From positions 1 to 50,553 of the forward strand of contig JBGTLD010000026.1 of NCBI GenBank assembly GCA_041744275.1: a DNA stretch of 50,553 nt, read 5' to 3'. Below, in pieces: positions 47,314-50,553 of the stretch. Positions within the stretch are counted from its first letter, which is position 1. Each line of letters starts with the position of its first letter. This stretch comes from Candidatus Saccharimonadales bacterium (GTDB taxonomy: Bacteria; Patescibacteriota; Saccharimonadia; Saccharimonadales; JBGTLD01). A model generated the notes under the pieces. That model was not told the origin of the DNA, made no database searches, and saw nothing but the letters and a program-made list of their open reading frames with translations. The translations under genes were made by a program, and so were the position numbers.

Positions 47314-49812
47314 ATGGATGATAAAAATACAACACAAGACGACAAACAACAGATCGTAAATCCGGCCAACGCGTCTAAAACAACGATTTATCGTAGTGTC
47401 GAAAATGAAATGGAGACAAGCTACCTCCAGTACTCTATGAGTGTTATCGTAGCCCGAGCACTTCCTGATGTACGTGATGGAATGAAGCCAGTGCACCGAA
47501 GAATTTTGTACGTTATGGATAAGAGCGGCTTGCGCTCAACTGGTAAGCACACGAAAAGTGCACAGATAGTCGGTGAAGTTATGGGTAAGTACCACCCTCA
47601 TGGTGATACCGCAATTTACGATTCAATGGTTCGTTTGGCGCAACCATTTTCTACTCGATACAAGCTTGTAGACGGGCAGGGTAACTTTGGTTCAATGGAT
47701 GGGGACCCAGCTGCTGCGTATCGATATACCGAAGCACGTATGACACGTGCGTCCGAGGCGCTACTTGAAGACATCGATAAAGACACTGTTCCGTACAGGG
47801 ACAACTTCGATGGCTCGCTTCAAGAGCCAGAAGTACTACCTGCAAAGCTCCCTAACTTGCTGCTTAACGGACAAATGGGTATCGCAGTCGGTATGGCGAC
47901 GAATATCCCACCACATAATTTAAACGAACTTGTTGACGCATCAATTGCCCAAATTGACAATCCAGAGATCCATGTCGATGAGTTGATGGAGCATATCAAA
48001 GGACCTGACTTTCCGACTGGTGGCATAATTTACGGTAGGGAATCAATCAAAGCCGCTTTTAGTACCGGTAGGGGTGGAGTCGTGGTGCGTGGTGTTGCCA
48101 ATGTCGAGGAAAACGGCAAGAAGCAACGCATTGTCATTACAGAAATTCCATTTCAGGTTAACAAAGCTGGTCTTGTTGAAAAAATTGCGGCACTGGTGCA
48201 TGAGAAGAAGCTGAATGGTATTTCATATATTGGTGACGAGAGCTCGAGAGGGTCTGTTCGTGTCGTCATTGACTTAAAGAAAGATGCCTACCCTAAGAAG
48301 CTTCTCAATCAGTTATACAAATTAACTCCATTACAAACAACGTTCCACTACAACATGTTGGCACTTATAGATGGTATTCAGCCACGTGTGCTTGGGCTTA
48401 AAGACATTATTGCTGAGTACATCAAGCACCGTCAGAACGTCGTACGACGACGAACGGAATACGAGCTTAGGAAAGCCAAGGAACGGGCACACATCTTAGA
48501 AGGACTCAAGATTGCGCTTGATCACATTGATGAAGTTATCGCGACTATTCGTGCATCCCAAACAACCGACGAGGCACAAACCAACCTTATTGCGAAGTTT
48601 AATCTTTCTGAAATTCAAGCTAAAGCAATCCTTGCTATGCAACTAAGAACACTCGCAGGACTAGAGCGTCAGCGTATTGAAGACGAGCTTGCCGAGCTAC
48701 TTAAAACAATTGCAGGACTTGAAGCTATATTGGCCGATGTCCAGAAAATTCTCGATATCATCAAAGAAGAACTGCTCGATATGAAAAAACAGTTTGGTGA
48801 CGATCGCCGAACACAGGTTGTGCCTCAGGAGTTAGGAAAGCTGGGTGATGAAGATTTAATTCCTGATGAGCAGGTGGCAGTCACGCTTACGAGTGCGAAC
48901 TACATCAAGCGAAGTCCACTTGCAGAATATAAGCGTCAAGGGCGCGGTGGTAAGGGCCGGAGAGGTATGACCACTCGTGAGGAAGACGTCATTGAACATG
49001 TTGTAAATGCGAGTACGCATGATTACCTGCTGTTCTTCACAAACAGAGGTAGAGTATTCAGATTGAAAACATATGAGATCCCTGCAACTAACTTAAACGC
49101 AAAAGGCGTTGCCATAGTGAACTTATTGCAGCTACAACCTGAAGAGATTGTGAGCTCAGTAATTGCCATCAACAAGACACTGGCAGGCAACCTACTTATG
49201 TGTACCGTTCGAGGTGTCGTCAAGAAAACGCCATTTGAACAGTACAAGAACGTTCGTCAGAGCGGCTTGATTGCCATAAACCTTGATGAGGGTGACGAGC
49301 TGAAGTGGATCCGGCCGACAACCGGTAATAATGAGGTTGTTATTTCAACACAAGCAGGTCAGGCGATTCGCTTCCACGAAAAAGACGCACGCCCTATGGG
49401 CCGTGTATCACGTGGAGTAAGAGGCATTAGACTCCGTGCTGGGGATGAAGTTATCGGCATGGACATCGTCGAAGAAGGTAGCAGTATATTCGTCATAAGT
49501 GAACAGGGCTATGGTAAACGAACGAAGATAGCTCAGTTTACAGCACATGCTCGAGGTGGCGTGGGTATACGGTCTGCAGTTGTGAATACGAAAACCGGTA
49601 AGCTTGTAGGTGTGAAAGCCTTGTCTGGTGATGATACACAAGAGGTCATAATAATATCCCAAAACGGCCAAACAATCCGCTTGGGTATCAAAGATATCCC
49701 TCAATTAGGTCGTGCAACACAAGGTGTGCGTATCATGCGTCTCGGTGATGATGATAGAGTCGTATCACTGGCTATGGTAGAGAAATCCGTGGTTGAGGAA
49801 GACGACGAATAA
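47314..49812 (+). CDS. gyrA: DNA gyrase subunit A
   Basis: [29 protein letters not shown]; GyrA-box QGRGGKG. Confidence 0.97.
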   Translation: MDDKNTTQDDKQQIVNPANASKTTIYRSVENEMETSYLQYSMSVIVARALPDVRDGMKPVHRRILYVMDKSGLRSTGKHTKSAQIVGEVMGKYHPHGDTAIYDSMVRLAQPFSTRYKLVDGQGNFGSMDGDPAAAYRYTEARMTRASEALLEDIDKDTVPYRDNFDGSLQEPEVLPAKLPNLLLNGQMGIAVGMATNIPPHNLNELVDASIAQIDNPEIHVDELMEHIKGPDFPTGGIIYGRESIKAAFSTGRGGVVVRGVANVEENGKKQRIVITEIPFQVNKAGLVEKIAALVHEKKLNGISYIGDESSRGSVRVVIDLKKDAYPKKLLNQLYKLTPLQTTFHYNMLALIDGIQPRVLGLKDIIAEYIKHRQNVVRRRTEYELRKAKERAHILEGLKIALDHIDEVIATIRASQTTDEAQTNLIAKFNLSEIQAKAILAMQLRTLAGLERQRIEDELAELLKTIAGLEAILADVQKILDIIKEELLDMKKQFGDDRRTQVVPQELGKLGDEDLIPDEQVAVTLTSANYIKRSPLAEYKRQGRGGKGRRGMTTREEDVIEHVVNASTHDYLLFFTNRGRVFRLKTYEIPATNLNAKGVAIVNLLQLQPEEIVSSVIAINKTLAGNLLMCTVRGVVKKTPFEQYKNVRQSGLIAINLDEGDELKWIRPTTGNNEVVISTQAGQAIRFHEKDARPMGRVSRGVRGIRLRAGDEVIGMDIVEEGSSIFVISEQGYGKRTKIAQFTAHARGGVGIRSAVVNTKTGKLVGVKALSGDDTQEVIIISQNGQTIRLGIKDIPQLGRATQGVRIMRLGDDDRVVSLAMVEKSVVEEDDE

Positions 49813-49873
49813 CAGAATTAACAGATTACCCTGCACATATTTGTTGTAAATTTGTAATCGTCAAAAAAATATC

Positions 49874-49903
49874 TTGACAGTACAACCGCAACAGATGTAC
49901 TAT
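49874..49903 (+). promoter_or_regulatory. Probable rRNA operon promoter
   Basis: A-rich UP element, then TTGACA-18-TACTAT. Confidence 0.6.
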
Positions 49904-50066
49904 TGTACGAGTCTTTTGGAGTTATATTAAACTGTCTTCAAATTACTATGAACGTTAAAAACTTACATAGTGCAAATCAACGTCAGTTCATTTTTGAATT
50001 GTTTTTAAATTAAGTCAGTGTGGTCTTCGGATCACATGTTCGACTGAAGCTAATGATAGATTCTTT

Positions 50067-50553
<487 letters not shown>

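Overview
Core-chromosome window of a small-genome bacterium, most consistent with Candidatus Saccharibacteria (TM7, CPR/Patescibacteria). The assignment is inferred from the 16S 5' end, the pilM-N-O-B-T-C-A-D type IV pilus cluster without a secretin, and several CPR-typical hypothetical proteins. Contents, in order: a 5'-truncated giant pilus-associated protein, a complete type IV pilus locus, a Xer-family recombinase, ndk, four tRNAs (Arg-CCT, Asp-GTC, Val-GAC, Pro-GGG), a PrsA/SurA-like foldase, a GT2, an NrdR-like regulator, a fibre-like surface protein, thrS with a T-box leader, miaA, rpmB, a 6S-like RNA, rnpB, infC-rpmI-rplT, comM, a VirD4/HerA-like ATPase, an LPxTG protein, gyrB-gyrA and the start of 16S rRNA with a V1 insertion. 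The most unusual items are four. (1) A stand-alone PaaX/Cas2-fold gene is enclosed by perfect 42-bp inverted repeats, and a third near-palindromic copy 3 kb away brackets the fibre-protein gene. (2) A recurring architecture of a duplicated tRNA end plus an inverted tRNA arm occurs at three tRNA genes, with only the inverted arm at the fourth. (3) A 60-nt D-arm-less tRNA-Thr-like RNA has a UCCA end that matches the thrS T-box bulge. (4) Several unannotated promoter-driven small ORFs and sRNAs are present. All calls come from reading the sequence by eye; no searches were run.
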